A stretch of DNA of 63,981 bases, the filler included, from an uncultured Planctomycetales bacterium (GTDB taxonomy: Bacteria; Omnitrophota; Gorgyraeia; Gygaellales; Profunditerraquicolaceae), in assembly GCA_964487475.1 (NCBI GenBank). It is 7 parts of 7 records of this genome, joined end to end, with 100 filler letters (N's around TTAATTAATTAA, not from the genome) between each part and the next. Parts side by side here need not be neighbours in the genome. Positions count along the whole stretch, not along the records: positions 8,155 to 33,094 come from CAZAPM010000009.1; 6 more parts are not named here. One strand, 5' to 3'. Positions within the stretch are counted from its first letter, which is position 1. Each line of letters opens with the position of its first letter. The translations under genes were made by a program, and so were the position numbers. The notes under the pieces were generated by a model that saw only the letters and a list, made by a program, of their open reading frames with translations, made no database searches and was not told the origin of the DNA. Positions 20,255-31,841 of the stretch are shown here, one piece after another.

Positions 20255-21476
20255 AGGGGTTCATTATAATCCGCAGAAAGTAACGCTGGAAAAAGTGCTT
20301 TGCCCGCCTTATGACGTCATCCCGGCTGACCGGCAGAAGGAACTGCACCGCAGGGACCCGCACAACTTCATCCACATCGATTTCCGCATGGATGAACCCG
20401 GGGGGGATAAATATGAGCAGGCGGCGAAGGATTTTTCCGCCTGGAAAGCATCCGGCGTACTCGTCGAGGACGATACGCCGGCATTTTATTTTTACAGCCA
20501 CCAGTATACGGTCAAAGGGGAGAAGCGTATCCGCCTGGGGTTCTTTGCCCGCCTTAAGCTCGGGGAGAAGAACTTCGGCCACGAGCATACCCGTTCCGAG
20601 GCCAAGGAGGACAGGCTCAAACTCACCCGCAAGGTCAAGGCCAACCTAAGCCCCATTTTCGTGGTGTTCGAGGACCGCAACCGGCTGGTGCAGCGCGCCT
20701 ACCGTTTCGTGCTGGACAAAAAACCCCTTTTGGAGGTCGCGGAGCAGGATCAGGTGCATAAACTCTGGCGTATCGACGATCCTGCGCTGGTGGCACAGAT
20801 CCAGGAGAAGATAGGCGACGAGAACATCTTTATCGCGGACGGGCATCACCGTTACGAGATCGCCTGTACGCTGCGCGACGAGGTCAAAGCCCCCGCAGGC
20901 AGCCCCTACAATTATGTGATGGCGTATTTCACCGATTCCTCGGGCAAGGGCCTGACGGTGCTGCCGATCCATCGCCTGGTGCGCCTGGCCGCTCCGCTGG
21001 ATTTGGGCCGGACCAGGGAATCCCTTAACGCGTTCTTCGAGATCGAGGAGTGCAAGGACCAGAACCGTTTCTTCTTCCTTATGGAAAAGGGGGGCCGCAG
21101 CGAGCACCTGATCGGCATGCAGTACGGCCGGCAGTTCTGGCTTTTGCGCCTGAGGAACGTGAAAATACTCGATAAGATCATCGCGGATAAGCCGAAGGAA
21201 TACCGTACGCTCGACGTGTCCATCCTTAACTACCTGGTCATGAAAAAGACGCTGGGCCTGGAGCCGGATGATAAGTCTTATGTATCCTATCATCATGAGC
21301 GGGAGGAAGTGCTCTCGGCGGTCAAGGCGAGCGATACGTGCGTCGGATTTTATCTTAATCCGGTCAAGATGGAGCAGATCATTGCGGTGGCTTTGGCGGG
21401 ACATAAGATGCCTCCCAAATCCACCTTTTTTTATCCCAAGGTGCCCTCCGGGCTCCTGATCAACCCCCTGGAGTGA
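20232..21476 (+). CDS. DUF1015 family protein
   Basis: PPYDVI, HEHT, IADGHHRYE, MPPKSTFFYPK. Confidence 0.92.
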   Translation: MTAIAPFRGVHYNPQKVTLEKVLCPPYDVIPADRQKELHRRDPHNFIHIDFRMDEPGGDKYEQAAKDFSAWKASGVLVEDDTPAFYFYSHQYTVKGEKRIRLGFFARLKLGEKNFGHEHTRSEAKEDRLKLTRKVKANLSPIFVVFEDRNRLVQRAYRFVLDKKPLLEVAEQDQVHKLWRIDDPALVAQIQEKIGDENIFIADGHHRYEIACTLRDEVKAPAGSPYNYVMAYFTDSSGKGLTVLPIHRLVRLAAPLDLGRTRESLNAFFEIEECKDQNRFFFLMEKGGRSEHLIGMQYGRQFWLLRLRNVKILDKIIADKPKEYRTLDVSILNYLVMKKTLGLEPDDKSYVSYHHEREEVLSAVKASDTCVGFYLNPVKMEQIIAVALAGHKMPPKSTFFYPKVPSGLLINPLE

Positions 21477-21480
21477 CATA

Positions 21481-22338
21481 ATGGCGCTATTCGGAAAACC
21501 AAAATATACCATCGTCAGGGTCAAGAAGAAGGAGATGCCCGACGGTATCTGGACCAAGTGCGAGGAGTGTTCGGAAGCGCTTTTCAACAAGACGCTGGAA
21601 GAGAACCTCCGGGTATGCCCGAAGTGCAATTACCATTTCACCCTCGGCGCGCCGGAGCGCGTGGCCATGCTCGCGGATGCGGGGACTTTTCAGGAGTTCG
21701 ATCCGGAGATGGTCTCGGTCGATCCGCTGAACTTCAAGGGGCCGAAGACGTACCTGGAAAAGGTGGCGCAGGACCAGGGGGTCACGGGATTAAAGGATGC
21801 CGTGATCACCGGTGAAGCGCAGATGAGCGGCCTGCGGGTCGCGCTGGGAGTCACGGATTCCCGTTTCATCATGGGATCGATGGGGTCGGTGGTAGGAGAG
21901 AAGATCACCCGGGCAATCGAGTTCGCCACGAAGGAGCGGCTTCCCGTCGTCATCGTGTCCGGATCCGGGGGAGGCGCCCGCATGTACGAGGGGATGTTCA
22001 GCCTGATGCAGATGGCCAAGACCTCCGCGGCCCTGGCGCTGCACCACCGGGCGAAACTGCCGTTCATTTCCGTGCTTACCAACCCGACTATGGCCGGGAT
22101 CATGGCTTCTTTCGCCGCGCTGGGGGATGTCACGATCGCCGAGCCCAAGGCGTTGATCGGATTTACCGGTCCCCGGGTCATCGAAACGACCATCAGGCAG
22201 AAGCTGCCTCCGGGTTTCCAGCGTTCAGAGTTCCTCCTGGAGCACGGATTGATCGATCTGATCTCTCCGCGCGGCCAGCTGAAATCCACGATCGTGCAGG
22301 TGTTGTCGTACCTGCAGCCGGATAAAAAGGAAGCATAA
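21481..22338 (+). CDS. accD: Acetyl-CoA carboxylase carboxyltransferase beta subunit
   Basis: Zn finger (KCEEC...CPKC), GSMGSVVGEK, GGARMYEG, FQRSEFLLEHG. Confidence 0.97.
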   Translation: MALFGKPKYTIVRVKKKEMPDGIWTKCEECSEALFNKTLEENLRVCPKCNYHFTLGAPERVAMLADAGTFQEFDPEMVSVDPLNFKGPKTYLEKVAQDQGVTGLKDAVITGEAQMSGLRVALGVTDSRFIMGSMGSVVGEKITRAIEFATKERLPVVIVSGSGGGARMYEGMFSLMQMAKTSAALALHHRAKLPFISVLTNPTMAGIMASFAALGDVTIAEPKALIGFTGPRVIETTIRQKLPPGFQRSEFLLEHGLIDLISPRGQLKSTIVQVLSYLQPDKKEA

Positions 22339-22353
22339 GAAAAGGCGCTGCGC

Positions 22354-23457
22354 GTGGCACAGGTCTGCTTACGCAACATCTCGAAGGTATATCCGAACGG
22401 CCAGAGAGCGGTCAATAACATCAACCTGGGCGTCGAGAACAAAGAGTTCATGGTGCTGGTCGGGCCCTCCGGCTGCGGAAAGTCGACGACCCTGCGGATG
22501 ATCGCGGGCCTCGAGGAATCTTCCTCGGGAGAGATATTCATCGGCAACAAGAAGGTCAATGAAGTCCCCGCCAAAGACCGCGATATCGCCATGGTCTTCC
22601 AGAACTACGCGCTCTATCCCCATATGTCGGCGTTCGAGAACATGGGGTTCGGGCTTAAGCTCCGCCGTTATCCCAAAAGCGAGATCGTGCAAAGGGTGCA
22701 GGAGGCCGCGGATATCCTCGGTATCCGTCATCTTCTCGGCCGCAAGCCCCGCGAGATGTCCGGCGGTGAGCTCCAGCGGGTGGCCTTGGGCAGGGCGATC
22801 GTGCGCAAACCCCTGTGTTTCCTTTTCGACGAGCCTTTGAGCAACCTGGACGCGAAGCTGCGCGTGCAGATGCGCACCGAGATCCATAAGCTCCATATCC
22901 GCCTGCAGACCACCATCGTCTACGTCACGCACGACCAGACCGAGGCCATGACCATGGGCGACCGCATCGCGGTGATGAAGTCGGGGGTAATCCAGCAGCT
23001 GGCCGACCCCATCACCATCTACGATCATCCCACCAACAAGTTCGTCGCCAGTTTCATCGGGAATCCCCCCATGAGTTTCCTTAACGGACGTATCATATCA
23101 CGGGAAGGCAAGCTCTATTTCGACGAGGGCAAACTGCTGGTCAAACTGGTGGAGCCGATGTACAAGGCGATGATGCCGTATGCGGGCAGGGAAGTGATCT
23201 TCGGGATCCGCGCCGAGGACATCTACGACAAGCTTTTCGTCTCCGAAGCCCCTCCGGAAAACACCGTCCGGGCCACCTGCGAGGTCATCGAGCCCATGGG
23301 GTCGGAAGTGTATCTGTACCTAAACACGGGTAAACATACGTTCATCGCGCGCGTCGGCGCCCATGACCGGCCCCAGGTCAATCAGGACATGGATCTGGTC
23401 TTTGACATGAGCAAGGTGCACTTCTTTGATAAAGATACCGAAAACAGCATTATCTAA
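22354..23457 (+). CDS. Sugar ABC transporter ATPase (MalK/MsmX/UgpC-like)
   Basis: GPSGCGKST, FQNYALYPHM, DEPLSNLDAKLR, C-terminal TOBE region. Confidence 0.95.
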   Translation: MAQVCLRNISKVYPNGQRAVNNINLGVENKEFMVLVGPSGCGKSTTLRMIAGLEESSSGEIFIGNKKVNEVPAKDRDIAMVFQNYALYPHMSAFENMGFGLKLRRYPKSEIVQRVQEAADILGIRHLLGRKPREMSGGELQRVALGRAIVRKPLCFLFDEPLSNLDAKLRVQMRTEIHKLHIRLQTTIVYVTHDQTEAMTMGDRIAVMKSGVIQQLADPITIYDHPTNKFVASFIGNPPMSFLNGRIISREGKLYFDEGKLLVKLVEPMYKAMMPYAGREVIFGIRAEDIYDKLFVSEAPPENTVRATCEVIEPMGSEVYLYLNTGKHTFIARVGAHDRPQVNQDMDLVFDMSKVHFFDKDTENSII

Positions 23458-23494
23458 TTCCTCCGGATTGCGGATCCTGCTCCAGCGCGGCCCC

Positions 23495-24763
23495 GTGGCC
23501 AAGAAGGTATACCGTATCCTTTTCTTCGCGGTGGCCTATCTTTTGCTTCCCTGGGTCCTGCTGGCGACCGGGCATATCCGCTCCTGGTTCATGGTAGCCG
23601 CCTTCCATCTGGTCAACCTCTGCGTGTTGATCGCGCTCTACACCTGGTTCTCCTCGCGCAGGGAGCAGATCAACCTCAAGCTCCTCGATATCGACGAGCA
23701 GATCAATATCACCAACAACCATACCGCGCAGGCGTTCAAGGCCAAGCTCGCCGCGCAGCATAAGATCACCCGCTACGGGCTGCTGCGCACTTTCGTCGAG
23801 AACATCAGCAGCGACCTGACCCTGGATTCGGTGTGCGAGACTATCTGCGAGACCGCGTTCTCCCTGATCAGCAACAAGCAGGGGACCTGCCTGCTTTATC
23901 TCGTCGATCCGCACCATCAGCTGAGCCTTTTCCAGTCCAGGAAGCAGGATCCTACGCTGGTGGTCAAAGAGAAGCAGGGGGATATCTTCGACTGGTGGGT
24001 GGTCAGGCATGTCGGCCCGCTGCTGGTGGAGGATACCCGCAAGGACTTCCGTTTCGATATCGACAAGACCGGGCAGAAGCGCACGGTATCCTCACTCGCG
24101 GTCGCGCCTTTGATCAGCGAGAACAAGCTTATCGGCGTACTGCGGCTGGAGCATGCCATGCCGCAAACATTCAACCAGGAGGACCTGCGTTTCCTGGTGG
24201 CATTGGCGGACGTGGCGGCGGTGGCGGTCGAGAACAGCCAGATGTACCAGCGCACCAAGGACCTGGCCACCCACGACGGATTGACCAACCTGCTCAACCG
24301 CCGGTTTTTTTACGAACAGCTTCAGGAGGAGTGCGCCAGAAGCCACCGGGCCAACAACACGTGCTGCGTGCTGATGGCGGATATCGACCATTTCAAGCAA
24401 TACAACGACAAGTTCGGCCATACCGCGGGGGATATCGTGCTCAAACACCTGGCCGCGCTGATGACCCATACTTTCAAGGATTACGAAACGGTGCTCTCGC
24501 GCTTCGGCGGGGAGGAGTTCTGTATCCTGCTCAAATCCGTTACCCGCGACGAAGGGTTGAAAGCGGCGAGGCTTTTCCGCGCCGCGGTCGAGAAAAGCAA
24601 TATCGTGCTGCGCCGCCAGGAGACCAGCGTCACCATCTCCATCGGGCTGGCGATGCATCCCGAGGACGGCGCGCAACCCGACGAATTACTGATGAAGGCC
24701 GATCAGGCGCTCTATTCGGCGAAACAGCAGGGCAGGAACAAGGTGGTCGCATGCTCGGGGTAG
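23495..24763 (+). CDS. Membrane GAF-GGDEF diguanylate cyclase (start uncertain)
   Basis: Two TM helices, GAF domain, DIDHFK, RFGGEEF. Confidence 0.9.
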   Translation: MAKKVYRILFFAVAYLLLPWVLLATGHIRSWFMVAAFHLVNLCVLIALYTWFSSRREQINLKLLDIDEQINITNNHTAQAFKAKLAAQHKITRYGLLRTFVENISSDLTLDSVCETICETAFSLISNKQGTCLLYLVDPHHQLSLFQSRKQDPTLVVKEKQGDIFDWWVVRHVGPLLVEDTRKDFRFDIDKTGQKRTVSSLAVAPLISENKLIGVLRLEHAMPQTFNQEDLRFLVALADVAAVAVENSQMYQRTKDLATHDGLTNLLNRRFFYEQLQEECARSHRANNTCCVLMADIDHFKQYNDKFGHTAGDIVLKHLAALMTHTFKDYETVLSRFGGEEFCILLKSVTRDEGLKAARLFRAAVEKSNIVLRRQETSVTISIGLAMHPEDGAQPDELLMKADQALYSAKQQGRNKVVACSG

Positions 24764-25749
24764 GCATATTCCTCTGTTTGAACGTCCTTTTCGCGGCGTA
24801 CTGGCTGCGGGTGTTCAGCGAGCAGCGACGCGTGGCGGAGGCGAATTTCGTCAATGCCTGCGGCAGGCTTTCGGCCTTGCGCGCACAGGCGGCGGCTCTG
24901 GATACGGAGAACGAGAACCTTTTCTGCGCGGTGGAGGAGACCGTCGCGCTCTTCGACCTTACCCGGCACATCTGCAAGTCCCTGGACGGACTGAAGGTGT
25001 TCGAGGTGTTCAAGGAGCAGCTGCAGCAGTTCCTCTCCGTCAAGGATTGTCAGTTCCTGCCGGAGAAAGCCGACTTGCGCGATTTTAAGGGGTACTCCGT
25101 CACGGCCATCGAGATCGACGGAAAGCTTTTGGGGTACCTGGCGATCGACGACGTCGGACCGGAGAAGACCGAACGACTTTCCGTGCTTACCAATCAGTTC
25201 GTCCTGGGGATGAAGAGGGTGCTTTTGTATCAGCGGGTGCAGGAGCTGGCGATCACGGACTCCCTGACCGGGGTCTTCACCCGCAGGTATTACATGGAGC
25301 GTTTCCGGGACGAGCTGGAGCGTTCGAAGAAATACCATCTGAACTTTTCCGTGCTCATGATCGACGTCGACCATTTCAAGGCCATGAACGACAAGTACGG
25401 ACACCTGGTGGGCGATGTGGTGCTCAGGGAAGTCTCCAAGACCGTCAAGGACGGCACGCGGCAGGTGGATTCCATCGGCCGCTACGGCGGAGAGGAGTTC
25501 GTGATCCTGCTCTCCGAGACCGACAAGAACGGGGCCCGTTTCGCCGCGGAGCGTATCCGCCAGGCGGTGGAACGCCTGCGCATCCGGGCGTATGACGAGC
25601 AGATCTCCGGCACGATAAGCATCGGGCTTGCCACCTACCCCGAGGACGGGGAAGAGCTGGTGCACCTGATCGACAAAGCCGATATGGCGCTTTACCGCGC
25701 CAAGCAGAACGGCCGTAACCGTATCTGTATCTACGGTATTAATAGATGA
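24751..25749 (+). CDS. Membrane-anchored GGDEF diguanylate cyclase
   Basis: Start at MLGVG; TM helix, DVDHFK, RQVD I-site, RYGGEEF. Confidence 0.9.
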   Translation: MLGVGIFLCLNVLFAAYWLRVFSEQRRVAEANFVNACGRLSALRAQAAALDTENENLFCAVEETVALFDLTRHICKSLDGLKVFEVFKEQLQQFLSVKDCQFLPEKADLRDFKGYSVTAIEIDGKLLGYLAIDDVGPEKTERLSVLTNQFVLGMKRVLLYQRVQELAITDSLTGVFTRRYYMERFRDELERSKKYHLNFSVLMIDVDHFKAMNDKYGHLVGDVVLREVSKTVKDGTRQVDSIGRYGGEEFVILLSETDKNGARFAAERIRQAVERLRIRAYDEQISGTISIGLATYPEDGEELVHLIDKADMALYRAKQNGRNRICIYGINR

Positions 25750-25757
25750 AACTCTTC

Positions 25758-25786
25758 TTGAAAACCGGCGTGCTTTCAGATAAAAT
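25758..25786 (+). promoter_or_regulatory. Sigma70 promoter, probably leaderless
   Basis: TTGAAA-N17-TAAAAT, ATG 8 nt downstream, no SD. Confidence 0.6.
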
Positions 25787-25794
25787 ACTACCCT

Positions 25795-26730
25795 ATGTCA
25801 GAATCATACGTGATAGGAATAGATATGGGCGGGACCAGCGTCAAGATCGGCCTGCTCAATCCTCGTAACCGTATCATCGGCAAGAAGATATTGACGACTT
25901 CGGCATACCCCCGCAAGGCGGATTTGCTTGATGCCATGAAGGAAGCGGTGGCGGAGTTATGCCGCGGGCACCGGCTGGACAAGAAGCGGATCGCGGGTGT
26001 CGGGATCGGGATACCCGGTCCGGTGGACGCGGACAAGGGGCTGGTGCATTTCCTGCCCAACGTCAAGGGCTGGAAGGACGTTCCCCTCCGTTCGGTATTG
26101 AGCCGCAGGCTCGGGCTTCCGGTGTTCGTGGATAACGACGCTAATGTGATGTGCCTGGCGGAGTGCACCATTGGCGCGGCGAAACGCAGCCGTAACGCCG
26201 TGTGCGTGACCTTAGGCACCGGGGTAGGCGGCGGTATCATCATTGACGGAAAACTCTACCGGGGCACCAGCAACATCACCGGTGAGATCGGGCATATGCC
26301 CATCAACGAGCATGGGCCGCGCTGCAATTGCGGCGGAGCTGCCTGCCTGGAATCATACGTAGGTAACGCCCGTATACTGGCCCAGGCCCGGCAGACGTTC
26401 GGCAGCGAAGTGACGCTGGAGGACCTTTCCCGCAGGGCGGCCAGGGGGGAAGCCGGAGCGGTTAAATTTTGGGACGCGGTGGGCAGGCGTATCGCCACCG
26501 CGCTGGTTTCGGTGGTGAATCTGCTCAACCCCGATTGCATCGTGATCGGGGGCGGGGTGGCTAACGCCGGGGAAGTGCTGTTGCGCGCGGTCAGACGCGA
26601 GGTCGCGGCGCGGGCCATGCCGGTGCAGGCGCGGGACGTGCGTATCCTCAGGGCGGCACTGAAAAACGATGCCGGAATGATCGGCGCAGGGATCTTAGCG
26701 AGGAGAGAGCGGAATGAAGATCTTCATTGA
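25795..26730 (+). CDS. ROK family glucokinase
   Basis: [33 protein letters not shown]. Confidence 0.93.
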   Translation: MSESYVIGIDMGGTSVKIGLLNPRNRIIGKKILTTSAYPRKADLLDAMKEAVAELCRGHRLDKKRIAGVGIGIPGPVDADKGLVHFLPNVKGWKDVPLRSVLSRRLGLPVFVDNDANVMCLAECTIGAAKRSRNAVCVTLGTGVGGGIIIDGKLYRGTSNITGEIGHMPINEHGPRCNCGGAACLESYVGNARILAQARQTFGSEVTLEDLSRRAARGEAGAVKFWDAVGRRIATALVSVVNLLNPDCIVIGGGVANAGEVLLRAVRREVAARAMPVQARDVRILRAALKNDAGMIGAGILARRERNEDLH

Positions 26731-27358
26731 TACGGCAAACGTGCAGGAGATCCGCGAAGCAGCGGCATTAGGGGTGGTGGACGGAGTGACCACCAATCCT
26801 ACTCTGGTAGCGAGGGAAAAACGTCCGGCCAGGGAACTGCTCAAAGAGATCTGCTCCCTGGTCGAGGGGCCGGTGAGCGCCGAGGTCATTGCGCTGGACT
26901 GCCCCGGGATCCTTAAAGAAGCCAGAGAGCTGGCGAAGATCGCCGGTAACATAGTGGTCAAGGTTCCTCTGGTCAGGGAAGGGCTTAAGGCGGTCAAGGT
27001 GCTTTCACAGGAGGGGATCAAGACCAACGTCACCCTCTGTTTTTCCGCGAACCAGGCATTGCTTACGGCCAAGGTCGGGGCTACGTTCGTGTCCCCGTTC
27101 ATCGGACGGCTGGACGATATCAGCGCGGTAGGGATGGAACTGATCCGGGATATCCGGCAGATCTACGGCAACTACGGCTTCAAGACCGAGATCATCGTCG
27201 CTTCGGTGCGCAACCCCGTGCATGTGCTGGAGGCGGCCAAATGCGGTGCGGATATCGCCACCATACCTTTTAACGTCATCGAACAGCTGCTCAAGCACCC
27301 TTTGACCGATATCGGCGTGCAGCGGTTCCTGGACGACCATAAGAAGATACCCCAATAA
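26714..27358 (+). CDS. Transaldolase / fructose-6-phosphate aldolase family (short form)
   Basis: [33 protein letters not shown]. Confidence 0.95.
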   Translation: MKIFIDTANVQEIREAAALGVVDGVTTNPTLVAREKRPARELLKEICSLVEGPVSAEVIALDCPGILKEARELAKIAGNIVVKVPLVREGLKAVKVLSQEGIKTNVTLCFSANQALLTAKVGATFVSPFIGRLDDISAVGMELIRDIRQIYGNYGFKTEIIVASVRNPVHVLEAAKCGADIATIPFNVIEQLLKHPLTDIGVQRFLDDHKKIPQ

Positions 27359-27361
27359 TAT

Positions 27362-29548
27362 ATGCCTACGCGCAACCCTCTGATCATGATGCTGCTGGCG
27401 TGGATACTCCTCGCCGCGAAGCTGCCTTCCCGGGCATACTCGGAAGTGGTGCAGCCGACCAGTTCCCTGGAAGTGACGGGGGACGTGGTGCAGTACGCGC
27501 CGGACAGCAACGAGTTTTCCGCGACGGGCAACGTGGAGATCGTCTATAAGGGGGCGAAGCTTACCTGTGACAGGATCAGCGTGGACCAGCGGACAAAAGT
27601 GGCGGTCGCGGAAGGCCATGCCCGTCTGGATGACGCGAGCGGAGTGATCGAGGGGGAGCGGATCGTCTATGACCTCGAGGCCCAGACCGGCACGGTGGTG
27701 GATGCCCGTTTCCGTGCCAATCCCTTCTTCGGCAAGACGGAGTCCCTGGAGAAGGTGGATGAGACTCATTTCATCGCCCGTCGCGCGGCCATGAGCACCT
27801 GTTCCATGGACCATCCGCATTATCTCTTCAAGTCCCGCAAGGTCGACGTGTTCCATCAGGACAAGATCGTCGCCAAGGATAACCTGTTCTATTTCGGTCC
27901 GGTGCCGGCGGTGTATCTGCCGTCATTCGGGCGCAGCCTCAAGGACCCGCTGATGCACGTCCAGGTGACCCCGGGATCGAGTTCCGAGTGGGGGAGGTAC
28001 GTGCTCTCCGCCTGGCGTTACCAGGTGACGGATGACGTGAGCGGCCGCATCTATTTCGACGTGCGCCAGAAGACAGGGACAGGCCAGGGGTTCGGCACCA
28101 ATTACGCCACCCAGGGGTTCGGCAAGGGGGATTTCAAATACTATTATGCGAGCGAGAAGCCCGAGGACACGGAGGATGATACCAACGTCAAGAACTTCGA
28201 GAGGTATTTCATCCGTCACCGGCACAAGTGGGATATAGATCCGGCTACCACCTTCGTGTCAGAGTATTACAAGATCACTGATTCCAAGCGCAGCCGGCTG
28301 GGCCCCCAGTTCAACGTGCTTAAGGATTATTTTCCCCGGGAGTACGAGAAGGATACCCAGCCGCTTTCCTATATGTCCCTGCACCGGTCGTTTTCCTATT
28401 CCAGCCTTGATATCCTGATGCAAAAGCGCACCAACCGCTGGTATTCGCAGCAGGAAAAGCTTCCCGAGGTGACGTTTAACATGCCCAGCCTGCAGATGGG
28501 CAATAGCCGCCTGTACCTGGAAAATATCAGCTCTTTCGTCAATCTCAACCAGAAGAACGCCGTGCCTTCCCCCTCGACCAGCGACGTGAGCATGAGCCGC
28601 CTGGAGACATTCAACAAGGTATCCATGCCCCTGCGCGTATCGTTCCTTAACGTGACCCCGTTCCTGGGGGACAGGATCTCCTTCTACGACAAGAGCGTGC
28701 ACGGAGATACGCTTTGGGGGCACCCCCGGTCGATCTTTTACTCCGGGACGGACGTAAGCACCAAGTTCTACCGTCTTTTCAAGGTGCGCACGAACTTCCT
28801 TAAGCTCGACATCAACGATCTGCGGCATGTGATCACCCCCACGGCGCAGTATCAGTACCAGCACCGGCCGACCATCGAAAGCGACAAGCTTAAGTTCGAG
28901 AGCATACCCGGCCCCAGTAACTCCGTGAACCTGGGCATCTCCAACAAACTGCAGACCAAGCGCCTGAACCAGAAGGTGGATCTGGTGGATTTCCGCATCA
29001 GCACCCCGTATAATTTCCATACCGGTGACGGGTACAAGCGGGGAGGCACGCTCTCCAGCGTGCTTTATGAGCTCGATCTCCTGCCTTATTCCTGGCTCTC
29101 CGTGCATGGGGACATGAAATACCTGCGCGAGGGGGAGGATAACGACGATAACAACACCAACTATAAACATATCTCCGAGATCAATTATGATATCGGGTTC
29201 ACCTACGGGGCGGAAAGGTCCTTCAGCGTCGGCCAGCGGTATCTGCGCAAAGGCGGCAACGAGATCACCTATTCCTTCGATTACCGGGTCAACCCCAAAT
29301 GGAAGGTGCTTTTCCTGCAGCGTTATCAGCTCAACGATTCCCCGTCCTCACGCAAGGGCCTGCGCGAACAGGAGTATACCCTGGTGCGGGACCTGCACTG
29401 CTGGAGCTCGGAACTTACCTACAGCGTATCCCGGGACCAGGGTAATACCATATTCCTGGTCTTCCGGCTGAAGGCGTTCCCCGAGCTGCAGATCGATTTC
29501 AACCAGAATTACCATGCGCCTAAACCCGGCGCACAGACAAATCAGTGA
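27362..29548 (+). CDS. lptD: LPS-assembly protein LptD-like (OstA domain + beta-barrel)
   Basis: Signal peptide, OstA-like N-terminus (ATGNVEI...AEGHARL), STC..DHPHY, RDLHCW near the C-terminus. Confidence 0.8.
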   Translation: MPTRNPLIMMLLAWILLAAKLPSRAYSEVVQPTSSLEVTGDVVQYAPDSNEFSATGNVEIVYKGAKLTCDRISVDQRTKVAVAEGHARLDDASGVIEGERIVYDLEAQTGTVVDARFRANPFFGKTESLEKVDETHFIARRAAMSTCSMDHPHYLFKSRKVDVFHQDKIVAKDNLFYFGPVPAVYLPSFGRSLKDPLMHVQVTPGSSSEWGRYVLSAWRYQVTDDVSGRIYFDVRQKTGTGQGFGTNYATQGFGKGDFKYYYASEKPEDTEDDTNVKNFERYFIRHRHKWDIDPATTFVSEYYKITDSKRSRLGPQFNVLKDYFPREYEKDTQPLSYMSLHRSFSYSSLDILMQKRTNRWYSQQEKLPEVTFNMPSLQMGNSRLYLENISSFVNLNQKNAVPSPSTSDVSMSRLETFNKVSMPLRVSFLNVTPFLGDRISFYDKSVHGDTLWGHPRSIFYSGTDVSTKFYRLFKVRTNFLKLDINDLRHVITPTAQYQYQHRPTIESDKLKFESIPGPSNSVNLGISNKLQTKRLNQKVDLVDFRISTPYNFHTGDGYKRGGTLSSVLYELDLLPYSWLSVHGDMKYLREGEDNDDNNTNYKHISEINYDIGFTYGAERSFSVGQRYLRKGGNEITYSFDYRVNPKWKVLFLQRYQLNDSPSSRKGLREQEYTLVRDLHCWSSELTYSVSRDQGNTIFLVFRLKAFPELQIDFNQNYHAPKPGAQTNQ

Positions 29549-29570
29549 AGCTCATAAGGAGCAGCCAGGA

Positions 29571-30869
29571 ATGAAGATCGCTATCGTAGGTGCGGGATAT
29601 GTCGGGCTGGTGACGGGTACCTGTCTGGCCCAGGTCGGGCATACCGTGTATTGCGTGGATAACGACGTCAAGAAGATCGCCCAGCTCAAGAAGGGCAACT
29701 GTACCATCTATGAGCCCGGGCTGCCGGAGCTGATCCGCCAGAACCTGCGTAAAAAAAGGCTGCATTTCACTTCCCGGATCCAGGATGCGGTCAAAAGCTG
29801 CCAGGTGATCTTCATCGCCGTGGGAACGCCTTCTTTGCCCAGCGGCGAAGCGGACCTGACCTACATCGAGAACGTCGCCCGCCAGATCGCCTCGGCGATG
29901 AAGGAGTACCGGCTGGTGGTCGAGAAATCGACCGTGCCGGTGGAGACCGGGACCTGGGTCAAGCGCACTATCGCGACCTATGTCCGGGGCAGGGTAGAGT
30001 TCGACGTGGCCTCCAACCCGGAGTTCCTGCGCGAAGGCTCTGCCGTGGAAGATTTCATGAAGCCGGACAGGATCGTGCTGGGTGTCGAGTCCGCGCGGGC
30101 TAAAGAGCTTCTGGAGGCGGTATACAAGCCGTTCAAGGCGCCCCTGGTGATCACCGACATCAAGTCCGCGGAGCTCATCAAGCATGCGTCAAATTCCTTT
30201 TTGGCGACCAAGATCTCCTTTATCAACGCGGTCTCCCGCGTCTGCGATAAGGTGGGAGCGGATGTGGCGCAGGTGGCCTTCGGCATGGGGCTGGACCGCA
30301 GGATCGGGCCGGGGTTCCTCCAGGCCGGGATCGGCTACGGCGGTTCCTGCTTCCCCAAGGACCTCGATGCGTTCATCACCATATCGGAGAAGATAGGGTA
30401 TGATTTCAAATTATTGAAGGCGGTGCGGGAGATCAACCGGCAGCAGTATGAGATATTCATCGAAAAGGCGAGGGCCAACCTCTGGATCCTCAAAGGCAAG
30501 ACTATCGCGGTGCTGGGTATCTCCTTCAAGCCGGAAACGGATGATATCCGCAACGCTCCCGCGCTCGACGTGATCAGGGCGCTCTGCGCCGAGGGCGCCA
30601 AGGTGAAAGTGTATGATCCCTGTGCTATGCCCAGGGCCAAACAGGAGCTGCCGGCCAAGGGGATCACGTACTGCGCGAACGCGTACGAGACGTGCCGGAA
30701 CAGCGACTGTCTCCTGCTGCTTACCGATTGGAAGGAATTCAAGGAGATGAACCTGGAGAAGGTCAAAACGCTGCTCTCCAGGCCGCTGATCATAGACGGA
30801 AGGAATATGTTCGATCCCCGGCTGATGGCCAAGAAGGGGTTCAATTACGTGTGTATGGGAAGGTCATGA
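29571..30869 (+). CDS. ugd: UDP-glucose 6-dehydrogenase
   Basis: [32 protein letters not shown]. Confidence 0.95.
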   Translation: MKIAIVGAGYVGLVTGTCLAQVGHTVYCVDNDVKKIAQLKKGNCTIYEPGLPELIRQNLRKKRLHFTSRIQDAVKSCQVIFIAVGTPSLPSGEADLTYIENVARQIASAMKEYRLVVEKSTVPVETGTWVKRTIATYVRGRVEFDVASNPEFLREGSAVEDFMKPDRIVLGVESARAKELLEAVYKPFKAPLVITDIKSAELIKHASNSFLATKISFINAVSRVCDKVGADVAQVAFGMGLDRRIGPGFLQAGIGYGGSCFPKDLDAFITISEKIGYDFKLLKAVREINRQQYEIFIEKARANLWILKGKTIAVLGISFKPETDDIRNAPALDVIRALCAEGAKVKVYDPCAMPRAKQELPAKGITYCANAYETCRNSDCLLLLTDWKEFKEMNLEKVKTLLSRPLIIDGRNMFDPRLMAKKGFNYVCMGRS

Positions 30870-31822
30870 TGCGCAAAAGAACGGCAGTAGTGACAGGAGG
30901 GGCAGGGTTCATCGGGTCGCACCTTTGCCAGCGGTTGATCGGGGAGGGGTATTCCGTGGTCTGCCTGGATAACCTGATCACCGGAAACGAGCGCAACTTA
31001 GCGCCCCTGGCCGGGGAAAAACGTTTCAGTTTCCATCGCCACAATGTGGCGACGTACATCGATGTCAGGGGAAAGGTGGATGCGGTGCTGCATTTCGCTT
31101 CCCCCGCGTCCCCGGATGATTACCTGAAGTTCCCCATCCAGACGCTGAAAGTGGGCTCTTTGGGAACGCACAATGCCTTGGGGCTGGCAAAAAAGAAGAA
31201 GGCTTCGTTCCTTCTGGCTTCGACCTCGGAAGTATACGGGGACCCTCTCGTACACCCGCAGCCCGAGACTTATTGGGGGCACGTCAATCCCGTCGGAGTC
31301 CGGGGATGTTACGACGAAGCGAAACGTTTTGCCGAAGCCATCACCATGGCCTACCGCAGGGTGCATAAGGTCGATACCAGGATAGTGCGCATTTTCAACA
31401 CCTACGGCCCCAGGATGCGTATCAACGACGGCAGGGTGGTGCCGAATTTCATTTATCAGGCGATGCAGGGGATGCCGCTGACGGTGTACGGAAAAGGCAC
31501 CCAGACCCGCAGCTTCTGCTACGTCGATGACCTGGTGGAAGGGATAGTAAGACTGCTGCACGGTTCGCATCCCGGCCCCATGAACCTGGGCAACCCCCGG
31601 GAATTCACTATCATGGACCTGGCCAGGCTCGTCATAAGGATGCTCCCGGGGAAAAGCCGCATCGTATTCAAGCCGCTGCCGCAGGACGATCCCAAGCAGA
31701 GGAAGCCCGATATCACCCTTGCCAGGAAGCATTTGCGCTGGGAGCCGAAAATACGTCTGGAGCAGGGGCTGGAGATGACCGTGCGCTGGTTTTTGGAGCA
31801 GAAAGAAAATAACCGCAGGTAA
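30866..31822 (+). CDS. UDP-glucuronate decarboxylase (UXS-like)
   Basis: [41 protein letters not shown]. Confidence 0.93.
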   Translation: MMRKRTAVVTGGAGFIGSHLCQRLIGEGYSVVCLDNLITGNERNLAPLAGEKRFSFHRHNVATYIDVRGKVDAVLHFASPASPDDYLKFPIQTLKVGSLGTHNALGLAKKKKASFLLASTSEVYGDPLVHPQPETYWGHVNPVGVRGCYDEAKRFAEAITMAYRRVHKVDTRIVRIFNTYGPRMRINDGRVVPNFIYQAMQGMPLTVYGKGTQTRSFCYVDDLVEGIVRLLHGSHPGPMNLGNPREFTIMDLARLVIRMLPGKSRIVFKPLPQDDPKQRKPDITLARKHLRWEPKIRLEQGLEMTVRWFLEQKENNRR

Positions 31823-31841
31823 CGCAAAAGGAGGAGGGAGT

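Noticed and set aside
23833..24750. 638-aa ORF as one long GGDEF protein
   Set aside because: The N-terminal half is an off-frame overlap with the upstream cyclase; the plausible start is 24751
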